DNA of 64,000 bases from Epiperipatus broadwayi. Taxonomy: Eukaryota > Animalia > Onychophora. Numbering within the stretch: position 1 is the stretch's first letter; each line of letters opens with the position of its first letter. The position numbers and the translations under genes are program-made. The DNA lies in NCBI GenBank assembly GCA_028023455.1, contig JAQFVV010000002.1, positions 30,380,001-30,444,000 of the forward strand, given 5' to 3'. Below, piece by piece: positions 1 through 12,834 of the stretch. A model generated the notes under the pieces. It made no database searches, was not told the origin of the DNA, and saw only the letters and a program-made list of their open reading frames with translations.

Positions 1-245
1 ATATAATGAACAAAATAAAATACATAACTATATAAATAATAGCATAAAAAATGTAAACAATAAAATTAATAAAAAAAGAATAAAATAAAAAAAACTAAAA
101 AACAACATAAAATATATATTTTATTATTAATTTTGTTTACATTTTTATACTATTATTTATATAGTTACGTATTTTATTGTGTTCATTATATCATAGCTCT
201 GAAGAAGACTGCAGGACAGTCGAAATGTAAAATTGTGTATGCATA
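1..245 (+). repeat. Palindromic Penelope-pLTR-like remnant (family C) with HHR-like core, truncated by the window edge
   Basis: 1-72 is the reverse complement of 121-191. It is followed by CTGAAGA(199-205)-A-GACTG/cagga/CAGTC-GAAA(222-225). Confidence 0.6.
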
Positions 246-1423
246 TATGTACAATAAAAGGTTTTTTTGCTAAAGTGTTCAAAGTAGAGTGGATAAATTG
301 TATTTATAATAATTCTTAAAATGGGATTTTTTTTTTTTTTTTTAAAAAAAAGAAAAAATTAAAAACAACTTCATTACCAACTTTTATCTCATTAGCTACT
401 CATTATTTAAAAAGGGAACTTTTTTTGACCATGATGTAACTTTAAACTTTTTTAAAATTAAGACTATTCACACTTTCAGAGATCAACTGAAATATAAAAT
501 AAATGACCTTTTTTCATTACTATTTTTAAAATTAAAAGTTATATTAATTATTTTTTACAACAAATTAATAATGAGATAAAAACCATTTATTAAAAAAATA
601 ATTATATCTAATCACTATAATTAGTATTAACTCTGATTTTTTTAAACATAAAATTACTGTAATATTAAAATGATATATATATATTGTACATTATGTATAT
701 ACATATACACAATTTGCAAATAATAAAAGTAGAATATTTTGAATTATAATATCTGAATCGTACTTAAAATTAATGACCAAAGTATATAGTTTATTCAGTA
801 AATACTCATTAAATTGTTTCTTCTTTGTAATTTTTAACTGGACTTCTGTTCTATCATTTTTATGTATCTATTATTTATTTTTTCTGGTCTCTTGGATAAT
901 GATGGATTAAGAATTGATTCTACTTCAATCTATGCTGTTAAATACAATACTAGGACAGGCAATTAAGAGATAATTGGATTTTTAGCTGAACAAAAATCTT
1001 TTTTTTTTTTAAAAAAAAAATCTTAAGTTAGTTAGTTGTATGCTCAATGTGCTGATAATGTCTAGATCTAATTATAAATTTCTTGCATTCTTAAAGTTCT
1101 TGGATGGTAATGGAAGCTTAAATAAACATTAAATGTACTTATTACTGAAGTCATTCTTAATTTTAATAAATATGGGATATATAAATTCATATCATTATCA
1201 TCAAAAATAATAATAATGAACTGCATTTTTTCCCCATCTTGCTCATTTTACTTTGAATTATCCCCCCCCCCCACTCTTTTCTAATAAAAAAATTAAAATC
1301 ATGAGATAAGTAGAGTGACTGAATAAATTTTTTAACAAAGAGAAAGTAAATATATAGCATTCATGTCTACAAGGGATATTAATTTAGAGGTATTTGCATA
1401 AATGTATGTATATATATCCATTA

Positions 1424-1736
1424 TCATCATTATCTATCCACTGCACGAAGAAGGGTCTCTCCAAGTTAATCCACCTTCTATGATCTCTAGCCTTTTTATC
1501 ACATCATCCCAGCACACTTCCTTATTTCATCCATCCATCTTACATGTGAACTGTTTCTAAATCTTTTATAATCTCTTGGAATCCAGTTTACAATTTTAAC
1601 TATCATCATTTCTTCTAACCATATGTCCAGCTCAACTGCACTTCAGTCTCTTAATTCTTTCAATGGTATCAGTAACACCTTTTCATTCTCTTGCCCATGT
1701 ATTTCATTATCGATCTCTTTTTGTTACTCCTAACAA
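1424..1736 (-). mobile_element. RTE-clade LINE 3' fragment
   Basis: Reverse complement matches the RTE 3' region at 9620-9940, including the ...CTTC.TGCAGTGGA..GATAATGATGAT tail. Confidence 0.8.
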
Positions 1737-2029
1737 TTTATATACATCATGAATTTTATTTTTTACTTAGAAAAATGTAGAGAAGATGAGACCAATGTCT
1801 AAAAAGTTGATATAATCTAGCAACTAAAAAATAAAGAAGAAATATGCTATTTATATTAATAGGATATAGATTAGGAGCAGAATTCCACAGGGAAGTATGG
1901 TCCGGTACAGCCAGTATATTTATTTATATATATACAAACCTATACACATATTTCAGTCATGTAGAGAAAGAACGATTTATATAATCTAGAATAATTTTTT
2001 TTTACCCTCTTTTTCTACAATAATTGTAA

Positions 2030-2568
2030 GGATTCAAAAAATGTTAAACATTTTAAATAATAAAACAGGTTTGAATTTGGAATGAAGAAAATTTATTTAA
2101 AGCTGAGTGCTTTCAATACTGAATAGTACCATAATCATAGCATCATGTGACTAAAAGAAGTTGAGATCTAGATTTAAAGTCACGTTTGAATATTAAATAA
2201 TAGATTATCATCAAATTGAATATTTAGAAGTAGATTTGCATGCTAATAATGAAAATAGTTGCTACAAGTGCCATTTTTTTTAGAAAGAGAGGTGCTAGAG
2301 CTCTTTTTACTGATAACGAGAGAAAAGTGAAGGAAGTGGTTAGTAGCTGAAGATCACTTGCAGCAACTACTTTCATCATTAGTATGTAAAGCTATTCCTA
2401 AAAATTTAATTTTATGATAATCTATTATTTAATATTCAAAAGTAACTTTAAATCCAGATCTCTCTTCCCTTAGACACATGATGCTATTATTATGATCCTA
2501 CTCAGTATTGAAAGCACTCAGCTTTAAATAAATTCAAACCTGTTATGTTGTTTAACATTTTATGAACC
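2030..2568. repeat. ~540-bp foldback (inverted arms 2030-2270 and 2355-2568)
   Basis: The arms are clear reverse complements, e.g. agctgagtgctttcaatactga versus tcagtattgaaagcactcagct, with an 84-bp spacer. Confidence 0.75.
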
Positions 2569-3494
2569 ATTATATATACATATATACTTTAAATGATTCA
2601 GTAATGTGTGTAATATATTGCTCCTCCAGCCCCGAAGAATAATTGATATAAGAATATACAAAAACTAAGTCAATAAATATCAATGTTTCATAACAAATTT
2701 ATTCAATTAGTTATGGCGTCTAATCATCAAATGTTCAATATTTCCTTCTTATAATTGAATTGTATCTACATTGACGATGATTCTTCGAATCTAATTTTTA
2801 AGCATTATAGATTAAACTTGCTCTTAACATTTCTTTTTATGAAAAATAAATAATTATTCATAAATTGTGAAACAAAATTTCACAAAACTCTTAACTTGGT
2901 AAAGATTTGTGCACATATAGACTCCACTTTCAGAGTAACATTGTAAGTGTAAAATAACTTCTTAAGACGACTATTACATTATAAGGAGTAATTGTTAATG
3001 GGAATAAAGCTTATTGAAATTTTTTAAAAAAAATGTGAATAGAGCTTAACTATTCATTTTAAAGATGTCAGATATAAAATAAATATCCTTGATGTACGAG
3101 CACACACAATATATATACCGAATCAAAGTACATACGAAACTTTAAATTTAATGTGAGATGACAGCAATAAAACACCTTTTTCCTTAACATAACTATAGTA
3201 TATACAAGCGCTTTAAAACGCTGGGTGAGAAAGCTGTTAATGGCAAACAATCAAAATAAATCAATGTAGGCTAAGCGCTGTCAAGGTGTTATCCCTCATA
3301 ATCATAGTCAAATTAGATTATAAATCATTGTTAAATAGTAATGTATGCAAATGCAGATGTAAATTTATCAACTCATCCATTTTTTGAAGATAGCGAAGCA
3401 TGTGCTGCGATATTAATAGCGTTATTGTCATTGATGTGAAAAATATCCAGCTATCATTCTCTTTTTTACACTGCAAAAGGAAGATAAAAGCGTA

Positions 3495-3650
3495 TTTCAT
3501 ATGGGATTAAGTATTTTTTACAGTACAGCTATCTAACAAGTGAAAAAATTTACATTTTTAATTTCATATGGCATTCAGTATTTTACGAGTGAAAAATTTA
3601 CATGTTTAATTTCATATGGGATTCAGTATTTTTTACTCTACAGCCATCTA
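3495..3650. repeat. Short degenerate tandem repeat (~49-bp unit)
   Basis: The motifs gtgaaaaatttacat and tttcatatgg.attcagtatttt recur 2-3 times. Confidence 0.5.
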
Positions 3651-3932
3651 CGGTATTAAAATTGTATAAAAACTTTCTTCGTTCATATTTTCTGGATTTA
3701 TATAAAACTAAATAGCAGAAAATAAAAAATAAATTTAAAATTCATTTTCTTCAGCACTCACAGTATTCTTCATATTTGGGACCAAAAATAAGCGTTGCAC
3801 TTTTATTTAAAATTTTTAACTTAATACTCTTCAGCCCTTCCTTTTTTTATTTTTGGTCATATAATACCAAGAATATTGTAAAAGTTGAAATTTTATTTTT
3901 TAATGCATTTTTATAATGTTTTCAGCATAAAA

Positions 3933-5103
3933 CCGTGTTTCCCTGAAAATAAGACCAGGTCCTTATATTAATTTTCGCTCCAAAAGACATCGTAGGACTT
4001 CCTTTCAGAGAATGTCTTATTTTTACATGTATAAAAATCTATATTTATTCAAGTATAAAAAATGTACATTTATTCAAGAACTTCCTTTTCTTTACAGAAA
4101 GCTGTAAGATTCTTACCCTGGTAATCATACCTAATTCCTCTCTTGTATTCACCGGATTAGTTCTCTCTTTTTGCACTCATCTTGTCTGAGGATCAAAATA
4201 TTATTCCTTTTAAATTTACCATTAAATCAAGTATTAATTGAAGATTTACAAGACATGAGTGGTAACAAAAATGATTACAGCTAAGAATAATTTGTCCACA
4301 CAAAAGAATTTTAAAAATGCAGAAAATGTTTCTGTATTTTATATGTGCACATTAAGTATGTCCATTTACAAAACTGGTCGTCAAGCATTGGTGGTCGAGA
4401 GGTCAGCGACGGCTGCTTTACAAGCAGTTGTCCCGGGTTAGCGGGTTCGCTTCCCGAGGCTATGACACATGAGAAAAAAAACTGGCATAGTGAATTATGA
4501 AGATTCATATATAATACAATCATGTCCATCTGTTGTCAAGTATGAACATTGTAAACACTTTCCAAGTTACTGTAATAGTCCTGGCTTGGATATTCTTTGT
4601 AAAAACTTTATAAGAAAAATCGATGATTTAACTTAAATTTAAACTTTGATCATTAAAATCACTTCCATCATTTAAAATCTTGTAGAAGGAAAAAATGTTT
4701 AAGAAATCTAACTGATTTTTCTTTTATCGTAAATATTTAAAAGCTACCATGATGCAACTCTAAACCTAAATCAAGCATTTTAAATCTAAGCATTAGATAA
4801 AAATAAAATAAGTACCTAAAAATATATAAATAAAATTATAAATTGTCCGATATACTGATTGATAGGAAAATACGTAAGACCCATATAATTTATATTATTA
4901 TTTATTTTAACCATTTGTATCAATAATATTGTTTATTTATACATTCATTACTTCATAATTCAATCTGTCTACCATCAAGTGTTTCTAGAGGCAAAAAGCC
5001 ATCTATCTGGACGATGATCTTAACTAGGCTTATATTACGAACATTCTGAAAAATTATGCTAGAACTTATTTTCTGGTTAGGTCTCATTTTTGGGGAAACA
5101 TGT
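3933..5103. mobile_element. Non-autonomous pogo/Tigger-like (Tc1/mariner superfamily) element
   Basis: TIRs CCGTGTTTCCCTGAAAATAAGACC and GGTCTCATTTTTGGGGAAACATGT followed by TA. A related copy in the opposite orientation lies at 46580-47527. Confidence 0.7.
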
Positions 5104-5339
5104 TAAAAGTTTGTATTTAAAATATGAAAAAAGACTATAGATTAATTATTTGAATTTTGTATAATTTGAAATTCAAAGCTTAATTCTCATTTAATAGTGA
5201 TTTCTCAAAAAAAAAAAAAAAAGAAAAAAGGTGCATTTCTAACTTAAACAAGATTTTATATTTTTATCAATTAAACTTTCTGATAAATTATTTTAGTATT
5301 TCATGTATTTTTTAAATAATTATATAAAATACCATAAAG

Positions 5340-5560
5340 ATTTCTTTATTTTGCTATATTATTTTATATAAATGCAATCATATTCTTTTCTTTAAGCATT
5401 TTATTGCAAATTTTTATTCATTTCATTGTTTTGTCTTATTATTTATTTATTTCATATTATTTTATTCCTGTTAGTTCTGAAAAAAACTGCAGAGTGGTCG
5501 AAACATCAGTTTATATACAAAAGTTTGCAATGTAGTGTTTAAAAAAGGAGTATGATTGTA
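5340..5560 (+). repeat. Decayed family C remnant with eroded HHR-like motif
   Basis: TAGTTCTGAAAAAAACTGCAGAGTGGTCGAAACATC (5472-5507) aligns with the 192-230 motif; the downstream ttgtatttata is also shared. Confidence 0.4.
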
Positions 5561-6289
5561 TTTATATAAAATACATAAATATGACTTTCTTATGATAATT
5601 TAATACAATTATTTAAATGCTTGGCACAAATATAAAACTCTACAAAGTGATCAATTCAAATTCGAAACAAAATAAAAATATTGAAATTTAGAATTAATTT
5701 TAATTGATCCTTCACATCCAAGTTGGGAAAATATTAGAACTAATTACAAAATAGCAATCAACTTCACCGATATTTTCATTAAAAAGTGGGTAATCAGTAA
5801 TTTCACAACACTGTAATAGCAATATAAAAAATAATAATATTACAAACTATACGTACATTTTTTTAATTATTTATATAATGAAAATAACAATGACAGGAGC
5901 TTAAAAATTATTTAAAAAGATAATTATCTCTCAACTTTCATCTTGCAGGCAAACTTAACAAAACTTGTATATATCCACTCAATTCTGCAAATTTTTGCAT
6001 AAATTAAATTTTATCGTTAGAGACATGTTGTAGAATATGAAAATATTTTTTTAGCACATAAAAATCAAGTACTGCAATATATTATAAAGCATGAGTCACA
6101 CAAGGATTGAGAGTTGTTTGAATCGTAAGTCAGATTTTTCAAGCATTACGCATTTTATATATATTTCTATTTATTTTATATATATTTATTTTATATATTT
6201 CTATTTCACCAGCTGTGAAATTTATATAAATTTAAATATAAAAAGAGAGATGATATCATGAAATGGGTAAGACTTCTATCAAGAATTAT

Positions 6290-7159
6290 ATAGTTATAAA
6301 GAACAAGTACCTTCTATATCTATTATATCTTCTGAATTTCCCAGAATTTTAGATGAAGAAGTGAGACATGCAGTTAAATGTATAAAGAAAGGAAAGTCTC
6401 CAGGTAATGATGGAATTATAATTGATATATTAAAAGAAGCAAGTGAAAAAATAAATTTCTTTTTAGCAAAGTTATATACCAAATGTCTAAATGATAAAGA
6501 TGTACCAGATGATTGGAAGAATGCAGCATTAATATTAATATTTAAAAAAGGTGATAAAGAAGATATGAGAAATTACAGACCCATCAGCCTTTTATTAGTT
6601 TTATACAAAATTTTTCATAATATAATTACAACTCATCATCTACAGAAAACATTGGATTTCCACCAATCAAGAGAACAAGCTGGAGTTAAAAATGGTTTTA
6701 GTACAGTAGATCATATCCAAGTATTGAGAGAAGTTATAGAACGGACAAATGAATATGAGTTGCCATTATGCTTTGGATTTGTAGATTATGAAAAGGCATT
6801 TGATTCTATAAATATTTCTTCAGTGATTAAAGCATTGGTTCATCCAGGATATTGTCATATTTTAAAAATATTTATAAAAACGCAACAGCAATAATTAGAT
6901 TACATAATGATACTAGGAAAGTCAACATTGAGAAGGGTGTAAGACAGGGCGAGTCCATATCTCCAAAACTTTTTATAGCAGTGCTGCAAGAAGTATTTTG
7001 TGGATTAAAATGGTAAGCTAAAGGAGTGAAAGTAAATGGACATTATTTAAGTCATTTAGATTTTGCAAATGATGTAGTTGTTTTTGCAAATAATGCTTTA
7101 GAACTGCAGGAAATGTTGCAGGAGTTATCAGATGAAAGTAGAAAAGTAGAACTAAAGAT
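6290..7159 (+). mobile_element. 5'-truncated RTE LINE, reverse transcriptase N-part (decayed)
   Basis: ORF 6361-6894 contains KSPGNDG, NYRPISLL and FVDYEKAFDS. It continues through frameshifts as GVRQGESISPKLF and HLDFANDVV. Confidence 0.9.
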
Positions 7160-9261
7160 TGTAACGGTATATGCCGTTACATTAATTTAAAATTAGAATA
7201 AAAACGGTTTTAAGTTCGTAAATAAAAAAACTAAAAACTAAAATTAAAGAATTGTTCGATGTACGTATATATATTCGCACAGATGCAAAACTTCAAAAAT
7301 TATTTTCTTTTTTAAAAAAAAAAAAAATATTTGAACGTACTAAGTACATTATAAAAGAGTACAAGATCTAAAGATAAAATATTTTTGTAAATGGAAATGA
7401 TGTGTTTATTAATTATCGAAAAGCAAGCTGGCCCTTGGGAATCTTACACAAAAAAGCCAGATGAAATATAGATAAGAGAACAAAAATAAATTAGATGTCC
7501 AATAGAAGCAGCAATGAAGGCTCAGACCATAACGAAAAATTGGAATAGGAAACCATTGTTCAGTAAATCCGGACGATCGGTATAAAAGGAACAATATTGA
7601 AATTAAGAACAGTTCCAGCTTGATTTTGTGAGAAGAGCGATAAGACGCACTTGTCGGTCTCTCTCTCTCTCACTTATTTCAAATGAAATGACTGTAATAC
7701 CAGGATTGAACCAGCTAAGGCCACTTTCAGATAGATCGGTCTTCAAATAAAGACTTTGTGGGAATTGACAACAGGAACCGGGAGCTCTTCTACTGTAAGA
7801 TATAAACGGACAAATTTTACTACAAGTAATTAAGAACTTTAAAGATTTGACAAGCTAAACATAATTTTTTTTTAAATGAACTTTAATCTGACTTTTCAAA
7901 TCAATTATTAATGTTTAATTTTTATACATTTGAATTTGCTAAAAATCATTTCCATTTTTTTTATATTTATTAATATTTGTTGTATAAATTATTTAAATGC
8001 ATTAAATTTAATCTGGGTATAGATGCTTGCATAGATTTGTTAACGTTTAATTATGTTTTTGTTTTCATATTTGATTAGAATATATAGACATTCGGTAAAT
8101 AATGATACCTTACGGTGAGTATCTAAAATGTATTAATTTGGATGTCTTTTAAGTTATTGGTGTCAATGCGGCATCTTATGATGAATGCCCTTGGGTTTCT
8201 TGTAAATTTCCCTCTGCAATTCCATCACTGACTTTATATTTTGATCGTTTATGTTTATTTTGAAATGTTTTTAACCATGTAATCTATGTAGCCGATCTAT
8301 ACTCAACATTATAAAACAAACTTTTATAAAATTCATCTGTGCGAAATTATATAAATGTTAAAAATAAGTCGGGCATGAATGGCTATATAGATTTGTAAAG
8401 TTATATTAGTTAATTAAGTGAGGGTTAATCTTAGGTTATTTGTTTCGTAGTTGGATTGGGTCAATGGATTGGATATATCGGTGTAATTAGTAAATGTAGT
8501 ATGAGGTCCGCCACGTGCAGGATCGCATTTTACGCCGCACACCCCCTTTTTGCCTATGGAAAAAGATAGTAAGACGGAAAACGCAGTCCCTTCCTATGGA
8601 GTTTTTTTTTTATTATTATTGTTCTTGCCAGACAGATGTAGCATTCCTATCTGGATGAGAGTCAATGTCTTCTCTAACCATGCTGTTCAGATTTACATTC
8701 CTGACAGTATGATATTTTGTGCTGTCATATTCATGTTGCATTGAATACATTGATGTATCAGATGGATTGACGTCGGTTTGACTGTGAACTTTTGGCCTAA
8801 GGTTAAATAAGGGATAGAATATTTTCTTTTCAAATGCAATCTATGTAGTTTATTCATACTCGACACTCTTAAAAAAATATTATTAAATTCGCCTGTGAGG
8901 ATGGTTTAAATTTTTAAAATAATAATTTAAATTAAAAGTTAATATTAAAATCTAAAATAATGTTATTCCTCAAATTTTAAATATTATATATGTGCGTTAA
9001 TAAATGTTTGTGTATTAATTGCTAGCAGTGGTGTATTTTATTTTTTATATTTAAGATATAAATTAAATAAAGTTATATATTATTATCTCTGCATCTCACT
9101 GAGCTAGTGGCAAGGGCTAACGGTCTTAATAAATAAAAGTTGGATCTTTAACAGCGCGTATCTGCCTACTCTATAAATTTTCTAGGTTCAAATGGCCTAG
9201 TGATGCCCTGTAGCGCAGATACGGTAAGACTGCAACTTCCACTAACTCCTAGACCATTATA
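7160..9261. mobile_element. 2.1-kb solo-LTR-like insertion interrupting the RTE
   Basis: Begins TGTAACGGT and ends ACCATTATA (reverse complement TATAATGGT). Flanks are agat/agag, a near-perfect 4-bp TSD. The RTE reading ...KVELK|INVKKTKVM rejoins when the insert is removed. Confidence 0.75.
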
Positions 9262-9940
9262 AGAGAAATGTTAAAAAGACTAAAGTAATGTTAAATGGAT
9301 TTTTTCAAAATATAAAAATAAAGATTGATTATAATGAGTTAGAAGACGTTAACAGTTACAAATACCTTGGTCAGATTATTAATACAGATGGAAACATAAT
9401 GGATGAAATTAATCATAGAATTAAACTTGGTTGGAGTGCTTTTGGTAGAAATAACTTGATACTAAAAGAAAATATGCCTATGTGTTTGAAAAGAAAGGTT
9501 TTTAATAAATGTGTTTAACCAGTTCTTACTTATGGATCTGAGACTTGGACACATAATAGAAAAGCAATACAGAGACTTTAGATCACTCAAAGAAGTATGG
9601 AGAGATGTATGTTGGAAGTAACAAGAAGAGATCGAAAATGCAATGTTTGGGTAAGAGAACAAACAGGTGTTACTGACCTCATTGAAAAATTAAAAGATTG
9701 AAATGGAGTTGGGCTGGACATATTGCTAGAAGAGATGATAATAGATAGAGAATTGAAATTTTAAACTGGATTCCAAGAGATTGTAAAAGACCCAGAAAGA
9801 GACCACATGTGAGATGGATGGATGAAATAAGAAAGTGTGCAGGGGTGATGTGGAGAAAAGATGCTAGAGATCAGAGAAGATGGTATTGAATTTGGAGAGA
9901 CCTTCATCCTGCAGTGGACTGATAATGGTTGATAATGATA
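9262..9940 (+). mobile_element. 3' continuation of the interrupted RTE LINE
   Basis: Encodes YKYLGQ, RIKLGWSAF, VLTYGSETW and WSWAGHIARR, and ends in a gataatggttgataatgat tail. Confidence 0.9.
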
Positions 9941-11374
9941 TATGTGGGAATTGTTTACAGAAGATGAAATTTATGAAGTCTATCTGAATCTCGGAAAAAG
10001 TTAGTACTATCACTTTTTTTGCATTTTTGACTGTTCATGAAAATAGAAACAACATATTTTCATCAATCTCCATAGTAATGCTACTCAACTTGTTAAATGC
10101 TAAAATGGCATTCCCTCTTTTTATTCTGATTAGCTATTATGAACTCAAAGCATGACATGACCTAACGATGGATTCTAAATAATAATGCCCAAACAAAGCA
10201 TATTAGTTTCTGATTCGTGGAGGCACAACTTTGCATTATGATTGGATAGACCAACATATTTGTAAAATTTCTAGCTATTAATGCAAATGGCTGCTGGATA
10301 GCTGTAGTGCAAAGTGGGGTCCTAAATTGTTCCAAGGAGGATGGCCAGTTACTAGGTGAATAGAATTCTGCTTTGCAATAACAACTTTCCTTTATCTTGA
10401 TATAGACAGCTCAAAAAGAGAATGGTTTGAAGTAGATTGGCGATAAATGCAGATTAAATTTGTCCTAGAGAAAGTATATATTACTCTTATTTTAGTATAT
10501 AAATTTCTATTTCTCCAACTGTGAAATTTATATAAATTTAAATACAATTATCACTTTCGCAACAGTATATTTCAGTTTGAACTTCTGATTTTGTTTCCAT
10601 TAAAATTTATCTGTGTATTAAATTATTATTCTCTATTTGTAATATAAAGACAATTACAGTAAATTCAAAATTTATGATATATTTCATTGCAATGGGTTAA
10701 AAATGACATTCAATCTCTCTCCTGTTGTAGAACTAATAGGTTTATACAATTCTATTAATAATTTATATTTCGGGCACCCAATAGATTGAAGCCTTAATTT
10801 CATTACAGTGGGCAAAGGTTGGCTTATATATAAATTAAGCTCTAAGCACAAATGTATACTTATGCTTTTCAAATTGATGCTTACGGGACAGCGCAAAATA
10901 GATTCATAAAAGTGTGTGACTGGAGATTTATCCTCTCCTTATAATAAAATATTTGATGTGAGCAGAATACTTATAGATGACTATATACTATTCCCAATCT
11001 CTGTTTTATGATACTTTTATGTCATGTTTATATAAATATATCAACAAAAATTATTATTGCATTACTAAGTGATATTAAACCAACATTGAATTTTGATGAT
11101 TCTATAAATGATATACAGCAATTACAAAAAAATAAAACAAATTAAAAGATACCTAAAAATCTTTTTTGATAATAAAATTATATTCATTATAATTTCTGAG
11201 AATGGATAATATAACAGGAAGTGTTATTTGTAAATCAAAAAAATATTTTCAAATATTTCATAATACATTTACTTAATTGTTGATCTGAAGAATATTTATC
11301 AGAATTAACACTGATAAAAATGTGGTACGTGAGATTCCATCTTACAAAAACTTTCTATGGCAGTTTCATGAGTA

Positions 11375-11522
11375 AAATTTGGTAAATTTTATTGTTCCGA
11401 GTATATTTTCAATGCTTTCAACGCTTTTGGGTCATATTCATGATTAGTCTGCAGAAGACTAACAATGAGTATGATGCGCAAGTGTTGAAAGTATACTCGG
11501 GACAATAAAGTTTGCTAAATTT
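11375..11522. repeat. Short centre-out palindrome with the 3' half of an HHR-like motif
   Basis: Arms 11375-11450 and 11456-11522 are reverse complements. The right arm reads GATGC-GCAA-GTGTT-GAAAG-TATA-CTC-GGGAC-AATAAA. Confidence 0.7.
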
Positions 11523-11689
11523 TATATTTAAACTCTGTTTTAGTATTTTTTACATTAATAGTTAGAATGGCAGAGTATCAAAATGTAATGAATAAAATTA
11601 GTAATAGAATTAACCTTTGATGAAGTTCTTTCAAAAGAAGTAATATTAAAAAAGAATGTGACTACATTCTTGATGTGTTTTTCAGTACG

Positions 11690-12068
11690 TATGTTCGACC
11701 AGTGTTTTGTTATGGATCTACAACTTGGATATTTACGAGAATATTACGGAAACCACAGATCACAGCAAACTATGAAGAATAGAATGTTGGGGTTGAAACA
11801 GAAACACCCAAATGATAAAATCAAAGATCTCATTAATACTTTTGAAAGAATTAATAAACTGAAATTCTAAACGTATTTCTAGAACGAATGGCAATAGACG
11901 AGCAATCATCCTCCTAAATTAGATTCTAAAAAATTAGAGGCATAGAAGAAGAAAACATACGAGATATATGGAAAATAAAGTTAATTGGAATAATAAGATG
12001 TTATAAATCAGCGAAACTGGATTAAACAGAAGGACCTTCATCATGCAGTGGATTGTTAATGATGATAA
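11690..12068 (+). mobile_element. Degenerate RTE 3' fragment
   Basis: Shows a YGSTTW-like motif and the tail gaaggaccttcatcatgcagtggattgttaatgatgat. Confidence 0.7.
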
Positions 12069-12167
12069 CAGTCATGGAAATTATGCACATGTATATACCC
12101 CCCCCCCCCCAGAAATTCATGCTTCAGATTAATATAATTTATTACAAAATTAAAACAGGCAAAATTC

Positions 12168-12352
12168 ACTATACGTAATGCCACACTGCAAGCTAGAGTA
12201 ATTAATGGATGCCAGAAGGTTTGTGCATAAAATCCCCATCTAGTGCCTACTCATCCAATATCCCCAGACTAGTTTTTTGGCTTGTGGCCTTTGTCAGTGA
12301 GGAGCCTTGGATCTGAGAGCACTGGACCTAGATCTTAGGATCTAGGTGCAAT
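12168..12352 (-). mobile_element. Family A HHR-bearing repeat (core decayed)
   Basis: Homologous to 50299-50500. The minus strand reads UCCUCA-CUGACAA-AGGC-CACAA-GCCA-AAAAC-UA-GUC-UGGGGA. Confidence 0.8.
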
Positions 12353-12777
12353 ACGTATAGTGAGTTTTGCCTGTTTTAAAACAGTTATAAGCAAGCACAA
12401 GAAGTGGTGGTCAAGTGATGTTTATTACAAGATATAAATGAGTATTAACTGTTATAAAACAAAATATTAATTTCATTTCATGCTGCTGTGTGCTGTAAAT
12501 AATTGCCAATTATAGTATATATTTTTATTATTAAGAGGAAAAAAATGAATTAGATTCTATTAAGATGAATTTCTAATGTTTACTTATAAATAAACAATGC
12601 AAATTAAAAAAAAAATTTATAATACCAATTAGTTACAATTAAATTTTCATTGTATCAAATATTTATTACTGTAATCCATAAATTACTTATTTCAACATTT
12701 TGCAAAATGAATCAACCCTCTTATCAAAGCAATAAGTTGCTATAGTGATATTTAAAGAGGAGAGAAAATATACTTAC

Positions 12778-12834
12778 TACTAAACCATGCGGACATTCTA
12801 TTAACGATTTCAATTCACTGAGAGCTGCATCAGC
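12778..12834 (-). CDS. WDR26: WDR26 next coding exon, 57 bp
   Basis: The minus strand reads cttttgttttag|GCT GAT...TTA GTA|gtaagt and translates to ADAALSELKSLIECPHGLV, matching human AENDLNELKPLVHSPHAIV, which directly follows DWDK. Phase 0/0 is compatible with the upstream exon, and a ctaat branch-like motif lies upstream. Confidence 0.9.
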
